DNA of 64,000 bases from a virus (lineage: Duplodnaviria > Caudoviricetes). The translations under genes were made by a program, and so were the position numbers. Every line of letters begins with the position of its first letter. Within the stretch, counting starts at the first letter, position 1. Shown here in pieces: positions 35,229-45,815 of this stretch. The stretch covers positions 16,597 to 80,596 of the IMG/VR virus record IMGVR_UViG_2832949849_000001; one strand, 5' to 3'. The notes below the pieces were generated by a model, which was not told the DNA's origin, ran no database searches, and worked only from the letters and a program-made list of their open reading frames with translations.

Positions 35229-35365
35229 AGTAAAAATAATCTACAAAAACAAGATACCACAATGGTTTGAAGCCTAAAACCTGTTAAATACCCAAATTTC
35301 AAGCTTCAAACATAAGTGATTGATTTTAATTATTTATTAAAGAGCGCATAAATATTGGGTTAAAA
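35229..35365 (-). promoter_or_regulatory. Type I-F CRISPR leader with IHF-like site
   Basis: AT-rich; the minus strand has AACCCAATATTT, AATCAATCACTTA (matches WATCAANNNNTTR) and AAATTTGGGTATTT. Confidence 0.75.
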
Positions 35366-35402
35366 TTGATATGACGCCACCTACGCCACCGATTATAAAA
35401 TT

Positions 35403-37684
35403 TTAATGGACACAATCAAACAATGAATCCATCAAAGCTTTGTTTGCAGTAGCTGTTTCCAATACCTTCTTCTCCCGAATGACTTTAAACAAACCATCGA
35501 AAGCGTCATTGATGCGTTGGCGCTCTTCACCTTGTGGATAAGCGCGCTCACCGACTCGACCATTGCCACCTTGGGTTGAATAAGCCAAATAATCATTCTT
35601 GCGCCCTTGCTCTTCCAAACGATCCTGTAAATATGCTGAAAACGCACGCGCTGCCATTTCAAAGTCTTTGGACCAATACTTGCCTTCTTTGCCCATGTCC
35701 AATTCAATAGCGTTTTTATAGAACTCACTTTGTCCTGGTAAGCCATCAAACGTTAAAACACCATCTGCACTGATATCGACATCGCTCTCACTGCCCAAAG
35801 TCCAGTGACGCACTAACAAGGTGTAAGCCACATTCGAGCGAAGCTCTTGGGTTTGGGCGGTGTGGTGGCGTAATTGGCATGGCTTGCAATCCACTTTTTT
35901 AGGTCACTCATAGCGGCATTGAGTGGCAAACGGCTGCCTCTCAAGAAATTACCCGCCATGCTTTCAAGGAAGGCTTTGGTGTCTGCACTTGGCTGATGAA
36001 CATCAGGAATGAATGCTTTAGGATATTCAAACTTCAACACCCCATCGGTCTTCATCATGGCCACACGCAATGCTTTGAACACCTGAGCCAAATCCACATC
36101 AGGTAAATCATCAGGATTGCTGGTACCCATGAAACTGGCACTGCCAACGGTTTGTGTGGACAAATCTTTAATCAGGTTATCCAATGCATGGAAATATTCA
36201 TGGCCAAGACTCCCACCGCCTTTCATTTTGGTGATGTTGATGACCTTACTGGATGACTCATAATGCGCTAATGCGCCTTTCTTACCGCGTGCACCAAACG
36301 CCAATGCCAAATTGCCCTTCAGCCCCAAATATTGTGGTTCAATGCCCAAAACATCCGACATGTCTAACATCGCAGCAGCGGCATTTTTCATGTGAAATTC
36401 AGCGGCAGACTTGTCTTTCAAAACCCAATTGCCTGATTGAATGCCTTTGAAACCAAACATGTCTTGCAACTGCTGCGAAGAGGTTAAATCCACCTCTTGC
36501 CCACCAATACGTTCAATGTCTTCTGCAGACTCCAATTGAAACGATGGCTTTTTGGGTTTAGAAGCACCTTCAGGAGCAGCATTGCCTTCACCATCAGTAC
36601 CAGTTTTAAAATCTGCACACCAATTAGACCAATCGGCGTATTTTTTATCGCGTTGGGCATTGCGCAAAGTAGTGTTGACCGATTTACTGGTCCAACTAAA
36701 AAAACGCTCGCCCAATTCAGCCCAAACTTGGCTGTCGTAGGACAACAACTTCTCTCGCCCACGGACACTAATTTGTTTGAAGTTGTTATCAATATTTTCT
36801 TCAAAAGTAATGCCTGCAGTCAGCTCATCTTCGTACAACATGCGCATCAACTTGATGCTAGGCATGGCCACAATGATTTCATTCATCACTGCAGCCACAT
36901 CTTTGAAGGTCAAACACACCTCCAAACGCTCACGCAAATTGGAAATGGCTTGTACGTAGTTCTTTTGACTGTGCTGACTCAATGGATGTAATGGCATTTT
37001 GTCCATATTGGCATACACCCGGCTGATGAAATACGCCACCTGTGAAGGCATACCTTTGTCCGCCAATGCCGCCCAATCTACCCGTCCAAATACGTTGTCT
37101 TTGACTATCAATGATTCAGACAAACGTGGGTCTTTGGCCAGCTCATCCCAATCGATGTCATTACTGTTCAACCTTTGCCCATCACGCTTGGCCTGTAAGA
37201 TAGATTTTTGAGCCAATTCTTTGCGTGCACCGGCAATGTAAGCGGTATCTTTCCAACGATAATTTTCAGCTGTGGTGGTATCTGATAAATCATCATCGAT
37301 GTTTGCTGCAGCAGCCAAATCATCTTCATCCAAACCCACCTCATCTTCGCTTGGTGGCAATTGATTATCTGTATCTTCTGCAGTCATGGGGGCCTCAGGC
37401 TGTTGTGAAACAGCCTCATTGCTTTCGGACTCTGCCTCAGTTTGCATTTGGTCAGACTCTTTTGGCTCTGCTGCAGGTTCAGGTTCTACCAATGGCTCTG
37501 GTTCCGCCGCGGGTTCAGATTCTGTCGCCGTCACAGCCAATCCAAGCTGCAAACGCAAATCCTGCACCACCTTAATCCAATCCAATTTCTTCAATACATC
37601 GGCTTCGGCATTGCGTGCTTCAATTGCTGTTTTAAGCTCACCATTTAAGCGCAAGCGTTCCATCGTATTCAATTCCATGCTCAT
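35403..37684 (-). CDS. DdrB-like polyvalent protein with zincin-like HEYFH and LPD1 domain (frameshift near 35850)
   Basis: LALAFGARG, GGGSLGHEYFHALD, EMAARAFSAYLQD and YPQGEER..INDAFD motifs. Confidence 0.8.
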
Positions 37685-37689
37685 CCCCT

Positions 37690-40407
37690 TTATTGGCTTA
37701 ATTCGTCTAATTTGGCGGTATAAGCATTGACCGCTTGTTCTACCATGGCTTGCATTTCAGTATTGTCGCCACCGTTGTAACGCAAGGCGACTGCAGTCAT
37801 GCGTTCATGAAAACCTTCACCCATCACATCAACCAAACCCTCAATGACCTCTTTTAAAAATGCTCGATCCGCATCATGACCAGACTCATCGGTTTCTTCA
37901 GGCTCAAATTCAGGCTCAAACGTATCTTCTAACTCAACCCATTCGCCATTTTCATTTTGTACTTTTACAAATAGATTCAACAAACTACTCTCATTCTGTT
38001 GACTGACATCATCAAAAGTGGCAGTATTAATCAAGCTTGAAACCCCAGCTTTGGTAGTTGGGAAAGGTTCGGGCTGTAAAGCGGCACTATCTAGTGTCGC
38101 TTTTACTTTGTTAGGCAACATCAAATCATAGTGCAGGTATCCTTGAATATCCCGTTCTATCATCACTACAACCTGATGTAACATCCCATCCACAGCAATA
38201 GTATTTTCAAGTTTGTAATATTCAAACGTACCTGGTTTAGCAGCTAATTTAAAATTCGGCTCTACCACTGCATTTCGCGCTGTTTCAATAATTTCTTCGA
38301 TTTTGGCGGCCAGTAAGATTTTTACAGGATTGCCTGTATATCGGATGAACTCCTTCACGCTGCGATTACGAATTTCTACTTTACGCACATCACCATTTTC
38401 ATCTCGCGGCATAGCAGGACAATCCACCCATTTACCACGCAATGATTCCAAATGTGTACGAGCAGCCGCACGCATGGCTTTCTTGCCTTCATCGGTGCTT
38501 AAATCAAAATCACCCAATTCATTTCCTACAAATTGGACGGGTTCCAACTGTGAATTTAAAACTGGCTCCGGTTCTAAAGCCGGCTCTGGCTGCGAATTAA
38601 CAACATCCTCCAGATTGGCTACATGCTCACCATTACTATCAATCACGCTCACAATCTCAATATTCCATCCAGAATCATTGACAGCACTATCAAACGCAGC
38701 TACATTTGAATTCATAGGAGTCTGCCCAAGCAGTGACCGACCAACAAGATTGTTGCCCAAAGCATCAAGAACTGAATTGTTGGAGCCAGTATCAAGCTTG
38801 GGTTCGGCTCCTTTTAATTTATTGTGATATGCCAAGAATTCAAATTTTGCGTTTTCACGCTCAGCCACCGTAACGATATGCGTAACTGTGTAGCTTCCAA
38901 TCACAGCCTCACCCTTAAAGCGGTGAAAAGCCACAAAGCTGTCTTTTCGGTCCTTTTTAACTCCCTCACGTCCCAAGTAATCGCCATTTTTTAAGGTGTT
39001 TGGTACGAACGGAATAATCGCTGCTCTAAAGCGATCTTTATCTGTACCCAATCGCATCTCACGCGTAGCAACTGAAGTAAACAATACATCACCAATCACT
39101 GTTTTAACGTATCGGCCTTGAAAGTTTTCACGCATATAACGCTGAACGGCATCATACAAATCAGCTTCACCGGCATTCATGAATGCGTGAATATCTGTAT
39201 TAAGCAAATCAATGTTCATTTCAGATGGCTCTACGCCATTTGGCACTTGTTGCGGTTTCGGCTCTACAACAACCACGCTAGAACCATTTTCCAATGCCGC
39301 GATTTGGTCCAACAAGCTCTGTAAAACATTCTTCTTCTGCTCAATACGCTCTTCCGTGGCTTTGATTTCAGCTTCATTCTCAGCCGCTTTGGCATTGGCT
39401 CGCGCAAACTTGGTGGCGTTGGCTTCAACCAAGGCCATAATCTTTTTGGCAATGGCTGCAATGGATTGGTCTTGGCCATTCTCTTTGGCCACCACGATGG
39501 TGATGTCTTTCTTGTTGAGCATCCACTTCCAAGACACCATTGAATCATCAGGTGATAGCTTATTGGGTGTTACATCAGGATTGTGAAAGAACACCGATAC
39601 TGTTTGGCCATCGCTCATGCTGAACAACATGGCAATGTTGGTGGTGCCACCTTGGCGGTATGGCTCAGTGACTTCAACGCCACCTTCTTCCACCACCTTA
39701 ATGTCATCACCTGCAGCACGATTCAAAGCCATGCCGATTTGGGCGGCTTTCTTTTGGATTTGGTTATTAGGTATTACCAAGGCATCCAACACACCCAACT
39801 CGCCACCATCTTGGTGTTCAATTTGGTCTAATAAATCACGGTGGTTATTGGCTTCAATCAATTGGCCATAAGCACTGTCCATGACACGCATGTCGTATAA
39901 AACACGGCTGGCAGCCGCGGTAGGTTGATCCCAATCATATTCAGGAATTTGTTGCATGGCTGTCTCGCTGTAAGAGTCGAAAGGGAGGGATTGGGCACTC
40001 ATGGCCTCTTTGTGATTACCGTACTCTAGCCACCATTTGAATTGACCGACGGTACACGCCACCACACTCATGGGCTTCTTGCCAAAGCAGCCAAGGCTGT
40101 ACACATTGATGGCATGGTCTTGGTCTAGAAAACCAAACATGACTTTGTGTTCATCAAAACCCACACCTTGTTTGTCTTGGTTAATCACATACACAGTATT
40201 GGTTTCAGGATAAGGCCCAACGTAACAATCAATTGGGTCTTGGTCTGCCCCTTTGGTACCAACCAATTCGCCGTAATCATCTGAAACTAAAATAGGTGGG
40301 CGGCCTGATTTGATGCGATAACTGCCTGCTACGGATTCAATATGCACTGGCAAGCCATAAACCGATGTAACACGCCCGTTTTCATTGCGGGTGACGTTGC
40401 CCATCAC
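37690..40407 (-). CDS. DarA-like polyvalent protein (InPase-like + DarA N + two LPD3-like + DarA C)
   Basis: GADQDPIDCYVG...FDEHKVMFGF; SDGQTVSVFFHNPD...WKWMLNKKDIT; C-terminal DRAFL...QAVNAY. Confidence 0.8.
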   Translation of the reverse strand: MMGNVTRNENGRVTSVYGLPVHIESVAGSYRIKSGRPPILVSDDYGELVGTKGADQDPIDCYVGPYPETNTVYVINQDKQGVGFDEHKVMFGFLDQDHAINVYSLGCFGKKPMSVVACTVGQFKWWLEYGNHKEAMSAQSLPFDSYSETAMQQIPEYDWDQPTAAASRVLYDMRVMDSAYGQLIEANNHRDLLDQIEHQDGGELGVLDALVIPNNQIQKKAAQIGMALNRAAGDDIKVVEEGGVEVTEPYRQGGTTNIAMLFSMSDGQTVSVFFHNPDVTPNKLSPDDSMVSWKWMLNKKDITIVVAKENGQDQSIAAIAKKIMALVEANATKFARANAKAAENEAEIKATEERIEQKKNVLQSLLDQIAALENGSSVVVVEPKPQQVPNGVEPSEMNIDLLNTDIHAFMNAGEADLYDAVQRYMRENFQGRYVKTVIGDVLFTSVATREMRLGTDKDRFRAAIIPFVPNTLKNGDYLGREGVKKDRKDSFVAFHRFKGEAVIGSYTVTHIVTVAERENAKFEFLAYHNKLKGAEPKLDTGSNNSVLDALGNNLVGRSLLGQTPMNSNVAAFDSAVNDSGWNIEIVSVIDSNGEHVANLEDVVNSQPEPALEPEPVLNSQLEPVQFVGNELGDFDLSTDEGKKAMRAAARTHLESLRGKWVDCPAMPRDENGDVRKVEIRNRSVKEFIRYTGNPVKILLAAKIEEIIETARNAVVEPNFKLAAKPGTFEYYKLENTIAVDGMLHQVVVMIERDIQGYLHYDLMLPNKVKATLDSAALQPEPFPTTKAGVSSLINTATFDDVSQQNESSLLNLFVKVQNENGEWVELEDTFEPEFEPEETDESGHDADRAFLKEVIEGLVDVMGEGFHERMTAVALRYNGGDNTEMQAMVEQAVNAYTAKLDELSQ

Positions 40408-40892
40408 ACACCACCTTGCAGCGCGGCTAGGGTTGCCTGTGCTTCGGCAATCAAGCCATCCAACTCAGCCTCTTGCGACTCTAATGCGGCTTTACGGGTG
40501 ACACGCGTATTACCCGACCCTTTAGGTGGCGTGGCTTTTTTGCGCGCCAAAGCCTTTTGAAATTTGGTTGCGTTGGCATCCAAGTCATTGACGATTTCAG
40601 CCAAAGCTTTTTTGATGTCGTCTTGCTCTTTCATCGGCAAAATTTTGCCATTCATACGCACCTGGTAGATGTCACCGGTTTGCTTCACACGCAAGACGAT
40701 GGTTTGAGAGTCTGCCAAAGTAAAACCAATTTCACGGTAAGTGATGCTGTTCTCACGTTTGGTCTTTTCAGCCACCCAAGATGCGGCAATTTCAGCCCCT
40801 GCTCGCTTAAAAGCGGTGACCAGCTTTTTGGGTGCTGTTGTATCGTTTCCCTTGAGTTCATCCCAAGTAAACAAATGATTGGTATCTGCCAT
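40404..40892 (-). CDS. Hdf-like protein (DarA N-terminal domain homologue)
   Basis: DSQTIVLRVKQTGDIYQVRMNGKILP motif; directly upstream of the darA-like gene. Confidence 0.78.
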   Translation of the reverse strand: MADTNHLFTWDELKGNDTTAPKKLVTAFKRAGAEIAASWVAEKTKRENSITYREIGFTLADSQTIVLRVKQTGDIYQVRMNGKILPMKEQDDIKKALAEIVNDLDANATKFQKALARKKATPPKGSGNTRVTRKAALESQEAELDGLIAEAQATLAALQGGV

Positions 40893-40926
40893 AACAAAAG
40901 CCCACTACAGTTGTTGTAATGGGCTT

Positions 40927-40967
40927 ATTATCAAGCGGCTGATGATGGCAGTTTCGAAGCGTTCCCT
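40927..40967 (-). promoter_or_regulatory. Putative late promoter AGGGAACGC-N26-GATAAT of the dar operon
   Basis: Motif plus AAGCCCA hairpin and U-tract. Confidence 0.72.
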
Positions 40968-40990
40968 CTTCCACTAAACAGTGATTTGCA

Positions 40991-41356
40991 CTACTTGGCT
41001 TTAAACTCCTTAATAGGAATTGGTTTGTCTTTAACCAACTCCACCACACCTTCATTCAAGCCATTGAAATTTTTAAAGTGAATGGAAACCCCATCATTAC
41101 CCACCATACGCATACCACTGCCTGAAACTGCAATTTTTAACAGGTGGTTTTTACCTGAGTTATCCATCATCGTCGCGGTTTTAAAACCATCGTTCGATTT
41201 CAATTCAATGGTTAAATCATAAGGGCCTGTAAAGTAGATGACTTGGGTTTCTTGCTGTATGGCATGTTCAGTACTAGAAACTTGCTTACTCTGTTCTACA
41301 GTCGCACAACCCACCAATCCAACAGCGATGAATCCCAATATGATGGCTTTTTCCAT
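40991..41356 (-). CDS. MliC/PliC-like lysozyme-inhibitor lipoprotein (moron)
   Basis: Lipobox LVGC; AVSGSGMRM resembles the S(A/G)SGxxY motif. Confidence 0.6.
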   Translation of the reverse strand: MEKAIILGFIAVGLVGCATVEQSKQVSSTEHAIQQETQVIYFTGPYDLTIELKSNDGFKTATMMDNSGKNHLLKIAVSGSGMRMVGNDGVSIHFKNFNGLNEGVVELVKDKPIPIKEFKAK

Positions 41357-41692
41357 AACATTTCTTTCAAATTTGACGTCTCATTACATGAGCATATACT
41401 CACAAATCACCCTAAAAATATAATTTATTTTTATTAAAAATGATTTATTTATTACTCTATGCTATAATCGCTCTACCTTGTTAGTTTCAACAGCCAAATT
41501 GGCTCTTCTGTAATACCTTCTGCTTGATCCTCAGAAAATAAAAACAGCAACATCATAAGAAAGGACTGACGCTATGCAACATAGACGCAGACTGAATACT
41601 TTCCGTGCCATGAAAAAAGCTCAGGAAAATACTGAACAATCTAAATAATTAATAAAAAATATACCGCCATCAGGCGGTTTTTTATTGCTTAA

Positions 41693-43279
41693 TCACTTGA
41701 TAGTGATTGCCGCCATCTTCGCCTTGGCCAGTTCCAAAGCACTCTTTTTCTTCTCTTGCGCACCCACGCCACCATCAGCTCGATCACTAACGTTGTAATG
41801 CACGCCTTCCAAATTCGCAAAACACACCGTATCAAAAATATCGGGTGATTTGATGCCTTGGGCGGCCATCTTTTCTTTACCCATGATTTGGTAGCGCAAC
41901 ACACCCGAATCGGTAAAGTTGTAAGGGATATGTGTCGCCTGGTAAATGAACATTTCCTTGGTCTTCTTAGGCAAGTTCCACAAAAAGCGAATCCGGCCTT
42001 GGCGTATGGCATCACGAGTATGGACCGAACATTGGGCGCGCTGATTGATGAAACGGTTTTTGTACTCGGTTTTGAAATTGGGCTTGCCCCACGATACCCG
42101 CACCACATCAAAGCCTTCGTCTTCCAAGTCCTTACACAATTGCAAACCATTGCCACCACTGTCGATGACCAAACGAATGTTGGAATATTTGGCAGCTTCT
42201 TCGGCAATGCGGCCTTTGAACTGTTTCACATCGATGCCATTGCTAAAAATCGGAATGTCGATAAAATCAATGACGCGGTTTTCACCCACACCTTTGACCT
42301 TGGCCAAAGTGGCTACCGAATAATCTCGGTACTCACCTGCAGCGACGTCGCACAACAGAAACCAGCCCCAATCCTCGTCATCTTCGGCAATCAGAGGTGT
42401 GGTGTTGGCCATCGCTTCATCCAACATGCGCCGGTGTATTAAGGTTCGTTCTTCATCTTCGGCAAACTGTCCCAATACCCGTATGCGGTACTCAACTGAG
42501 TCACGACCACCTGATTCCACCTCTCGTGCTTTGAGCCACTTGCGGCTCACGTGTGGGGCGTTCTCAGAGTTGAAACACAGATTAATCCAACCGCCTTCAT
42601 CCACAGGTGTGTTGATGTGCGATAAGGTGTGGTGAGTGTCATAGAAATAGCCTGTGGTTTTAACGCCTTGGCTGAATAAAAATGTGCGATTACCCTCTTG
42701 GGTTTGGGTACCATTAATCACGTCATAGTGACTGTCAGCCACACCTGCAGCTTCATCAATGAAAATGGTTTGGTAATAACGGTGCTTACCGGCAATGGCC
42801 ACAGAATCAGCATTGCCTAAGGCAATTTTGGCAATAAACCATTGGTCTTTGTAGCCATCCATGTACCACCGTTCAGCCTTTGGATGTGTGCGTCCTGTCA
42901 GCCATCCCATACCATCCAGCATTTTGATGCGCTGAAAATTGTCGTTCATTTCTTTCCACACACCATCAGCCACCTGTTGAATCACCGGTGCGCCCACATA
43001 GGTGTTGGAACCGACTTCAATCTTGCCATCGTATTCCACCACAGGAAAACACCACATCGAATGCAGCGCAGCACCACCTAGCCAAGCAGTTTTGCCCGTA
43101 CCGGTACCAGACACCACAGAAATGCGCGATGTTGGATTGATGGCCAATTTTGATAAAACTTGTTGATCACGGGTCAGTGTCAGTCCACACAAGTCAAACA
43201 GAAAGCCTTCTAGGTTGAATTGGTACTCTTTTAAGAAGTCATGGTAAATCGGCAGGCTTAAAATGGATTGAATGGCCAT
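41693..43279 (-). CDS. Terminase large subunit (P1 PacB-like)
   Basis: VVSGTGTGKT Walker A, FIDEAAGV Walker B, YRIRVLGQF, GIKSPDIFD. Confidence 0.92.
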   Translation of the reverse strand: MAIQSILSLPIYHDFLKEYQFNLEGFLFDLCGLTLTRDQQVLSKLAINPTSRISVVSGTGTGKTAWLGGAALHSMWCFPVVEYDGKIEVGSNTYVGAPVIQQVADGVWKEMNDNFQRIKMLDGMGWLTGRTHPKAERWYMDGYKDQWFIAKIALGNADSVAIAGKHRYYQTIFIDEAAGVADSHYDVINGTQTQEGNRTFLFSQGVKTTGYFYDTHHTLSHINTPVDEGGWINLCFNSENAPHVSRKWLKAREVESGGRDSVEYRIRVLGQFAEDEERTLIHRRMLDEAMANTTPLIAEDDEDWGWFLLCDVAAGEYRDYSVATLAKVKGVGENRVIDFIDIPIFSNGIDVKQFKGRIAEEAAKYSNIRLVIDSGGNGLQLCKDLEDEGFDVVRVSWGKPNFKTEYKNRFINQRAQCSVHTRDAIRQGRIRFLWNLPKKTKEMFIYQATHIPYNFTDSGVLRYQIMGKEKMAAQGIKSPDIFDTVCFANLEGVHYNVSDRADGGVGAQEKKKSALELAKAKMAAITIK

Positions 43280-43997
43280 CAGGCGTCCTGAGATTTACCA
43301 GATTGTTGCTCATACAGCTCTTTGGCCAAACGTTCGGCGGCCTCAAAAGCGGCTGCACGTCTGGCGGCACCATCTTGAGCCAACAGCTTCAAAGTTTCGG
43401 TACTGGCCTCAATCGTGGTTTCTACTTTCAGATTGTTACCGTATTTGGCAGGCGCCAAACGGGTCAACGACCATTCCAAAGCATCAATAATGACTTTGCC
43501 ACGTTGCACAAACAGCTTGTTCCATTCAGGTGTGAATGTGCCATTGCGCTCAGTCATCATAATGTCGTGCTCGATGTCATAAGCCACACGGAAACGCTCA
43601 TCGTGCATCAATTGGATATTGGCTTCCATCACTTCATGATACATCTTCTCCAGCTCACCACTGGTATCACGCCGCAACCAACCTAAAAAGGCGGCCATGG
43701 TCGGGTATTTGTCACGATTGCCGTTCAGGACGCCTGACAAAGTCTTAAAACGCTTGGTATCAGGCTCTGGCATGGTCAGGTCGGTCAAGATGTCTAGAAA
43801 TAAGGTGGCACTGAACTCAACATAAAGCTTGCGCTCTTTTTTAGCCAAATCGAGCGCCTTTGTGATTTCACCTTCAAAAGTGGCTTTTTTACGTCCAGAA
43901 TTAGCGGGTTTACTCGTCCCTTAGGTGCACCACGTGTTGGAGTGGGCTTGTTTTGATTCTTCTTTAATGTAGGTGTTCTCTTAGATTTAGTTTCCAT
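43279..43997 (-). CDS. Terminase small subunit (probably includes 43794-43997 across a frameshift)
   Basis: IDALEWSLTRLAPAKYG TerS-like motif; coupled to terL. Confidence 0.65.
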
Positions 43998-44114
43998 ATG
44001 ATTGAATCCTTATTTTTAAGCTCAAAGCCTTTACCCGCGCGTATATGGAACTTATAAAATGTTGGAATTCCACCCTTTGACCGCTGTTTTAATTTCGGCT
44101 TAAATTAACAAAAT

Positions 44115-45149
44115 TTAACGATTAGAAGCCAACGCTTTAAAGCCACTGGCCAAGGTTTTACAGATGGCATTGGCAGCATTGCTGATAGCTTTAATCAAGA
44201 CTTCAAAACGCGCACTGTCCACATCGTTCTCTTGGTGCTTCTCCCAAGCTTTGGAAGTCACCAAATCTTCAAACTCAGAGAGGCTTAATTGTTTGAGCAT
44301 TGGCAAAGGCATATTGGGCAATTCAAGCTGCATCATCGCCAATTGGTTCTTCATGTCGCGCCCAAACCTCAAGCGCGCCGTAAGGGACAATGGCATCAAA
44401 GCAAAATCGGTAAGGTGCGTACACCTCACCCCTTTCGTTGGCATCAAAGCAAAACCATCATCAAACACACGTAAGCGCACGATATGATCCAATGCCAACA
44501 AGCCTTGCTCAAAAGCCATCATCAAGGCCGCATAATCACTGACCGACATCGACAAAATGCGTTGGATGTTTTCATTGATATAAGCATCAATGCTGACATG
44601 TTGCTCATCCAACCAAGACCATTCAAAATCACGGGCATGAATCTGAGCCGCCGCACAGGCAATACGCCAAGCTTCACGCTTGTCTGTCACACCTTTGACT
44701 TGGCCATTCAAGACGCAGCGCTCGATTGCCACTGCTGATGCACCTGTCAATGGCAACATCTTCAACAAATCAGGGCTGTCTGACTCACTGTCTAGCTCAA
44801 ATTCATATTTCAAATCATCAGCCACCACTTGGCGTCCGATTTTATGCAATGGATAGTCTTGGTCTTCTAACACATACACTGACAAATCAGCACCGGTATC
44901 GGCATCCAACACCAATGCCTGACCACCATTGATGGCATGGGTATGGTAATGCAATAAGCCGGCATACAATTCTTGTACGGTCCATGCCTCAATAGGTACA
45001 TTGGTTTCAGCCACCACTTGTTTGACTGAATGAAAAACACCTGCCTCATTGTTCAAAGTGGGCATCGCTGCCAAATCGATGACATCACCGATAGACAGCT
45101 CTTTCATGTGTGCATTAATACGGGCAGTGACCAAAGGTGGGATATACAT
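44115..45149 (-). CDS. P1 gp6-like tail/baseplate assembly protein
   Basis: ELSIGDVIDLAAMP...WTVQE pattern. Confidence 0.5.
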   Translation of the reverse strand: MYIPPLVTARINAHMKELSIGDVIDLAAMPTLNNEAGVFHSVKQVVAETNVPIEAWTVQELYAGLLHYHTHAINGGQALVLDADTGADLSVYVLEDQDYPLHKIGRQVVADDLKYEFELDSESDSPDLLKMLPLTGASAVAIERCVLNGQVKGVTDKREAWRIACAAAQIHARDFEWSWLDEQHVSIDAYINENIQRILSMSVSDYAALMMAFEQGLLALDHIVRLRVFDDGFALMPTKGVRCTHLTDFALMPLSLTARLRFGRDMKNQLAMMQLELPNMPLPMLKQLSLSEFEDLVTSKAWEKHQENDVDSARFEVLIKAISNAANAICKTLASGFKALASNR

Positions 45150-45815
45150 TCATTTTTCCAATACAGAGGGGTGTGGTTCTAAATCCAATCTCGCCTGCAT
45201 CACATCTTCTATTTCTGTTGGTAAGGTCAATTCCACCAAACGATGCCGACGTCCTGCGATTTGTGCTTGCATAAATGCAGCTTTAGCATGACCCAAAGCA
45301 CTTTCTACTCGGGCACCATTGCGTACTTCAGATTCAAAATACTTGCGATTCAACTCAATCATGCGATCAATTTGCTCTACCAACACCACCCCGCTGTTAA
45401 CCGCCTCTTCGTAGCAGTGCAGCTTGGCAGCATGTTGGCCAATAGAGCCTGAAATCTTAGAAGCCATCAAACTCCAATAGTGTTGACCCACCGTATGCAG
45501 CATTTCATTGATTTCCAATGAATGTTTTAACTCGCTAGAGCTGTCAGTGGCACATAGCAAGTAGTCAGTTGAGACCCCATAAAACATCGCCAATTCTCGC
45601 AAAGCCCACATGGGAATGGGTTTTTCACCATGCTCCCACTCACTCAGATGTGACTTTTGAATGCGACCAGGGAAGGCAGCAACCACTTGGTAAATCTTAA
45701 TGCCCAAAGCAGTACGGGTTTTTTGTAAGCGTTCACCCGCCAAACGCGACAAACGCATGTTTTCGGTTTCTTTGCGCTTAGAGGGTGTGACTGTGTGTGG
45801 TGCTGCATTAGCCAT
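45150..45815 (-). CDS. XRE-type HTH transcriptional regulator
   Basis: GERLQKTR...HLSEWEHG...YGVSTDYLL. Confidence 0.75.
   Translation of the reverse strand: MANAAPHTVTPSKRKETENMRLSRLAGERLQKTRTALGIKIYQVVAAFPGRIQKSHLSEWEHGEKPIPMWALRELAMFYGVSTDYLLCATDSSSELKHSLEINEMLHTVGQHYWSLMASKISGSIGQHAAKLHCYEEAVNSGVVLVEQIDRMIELNRKYFESEVRNGARVESALGHAKAAFMQAQIAGRRHRLVELTLPTEIEDVMQARLDLEPHPSVLEK

Noticed and set aside
43279-43997. P1-type pac site (TGATCA hexamer cluster) in the small terminase gene
   Set aside because: No such cluster is visible
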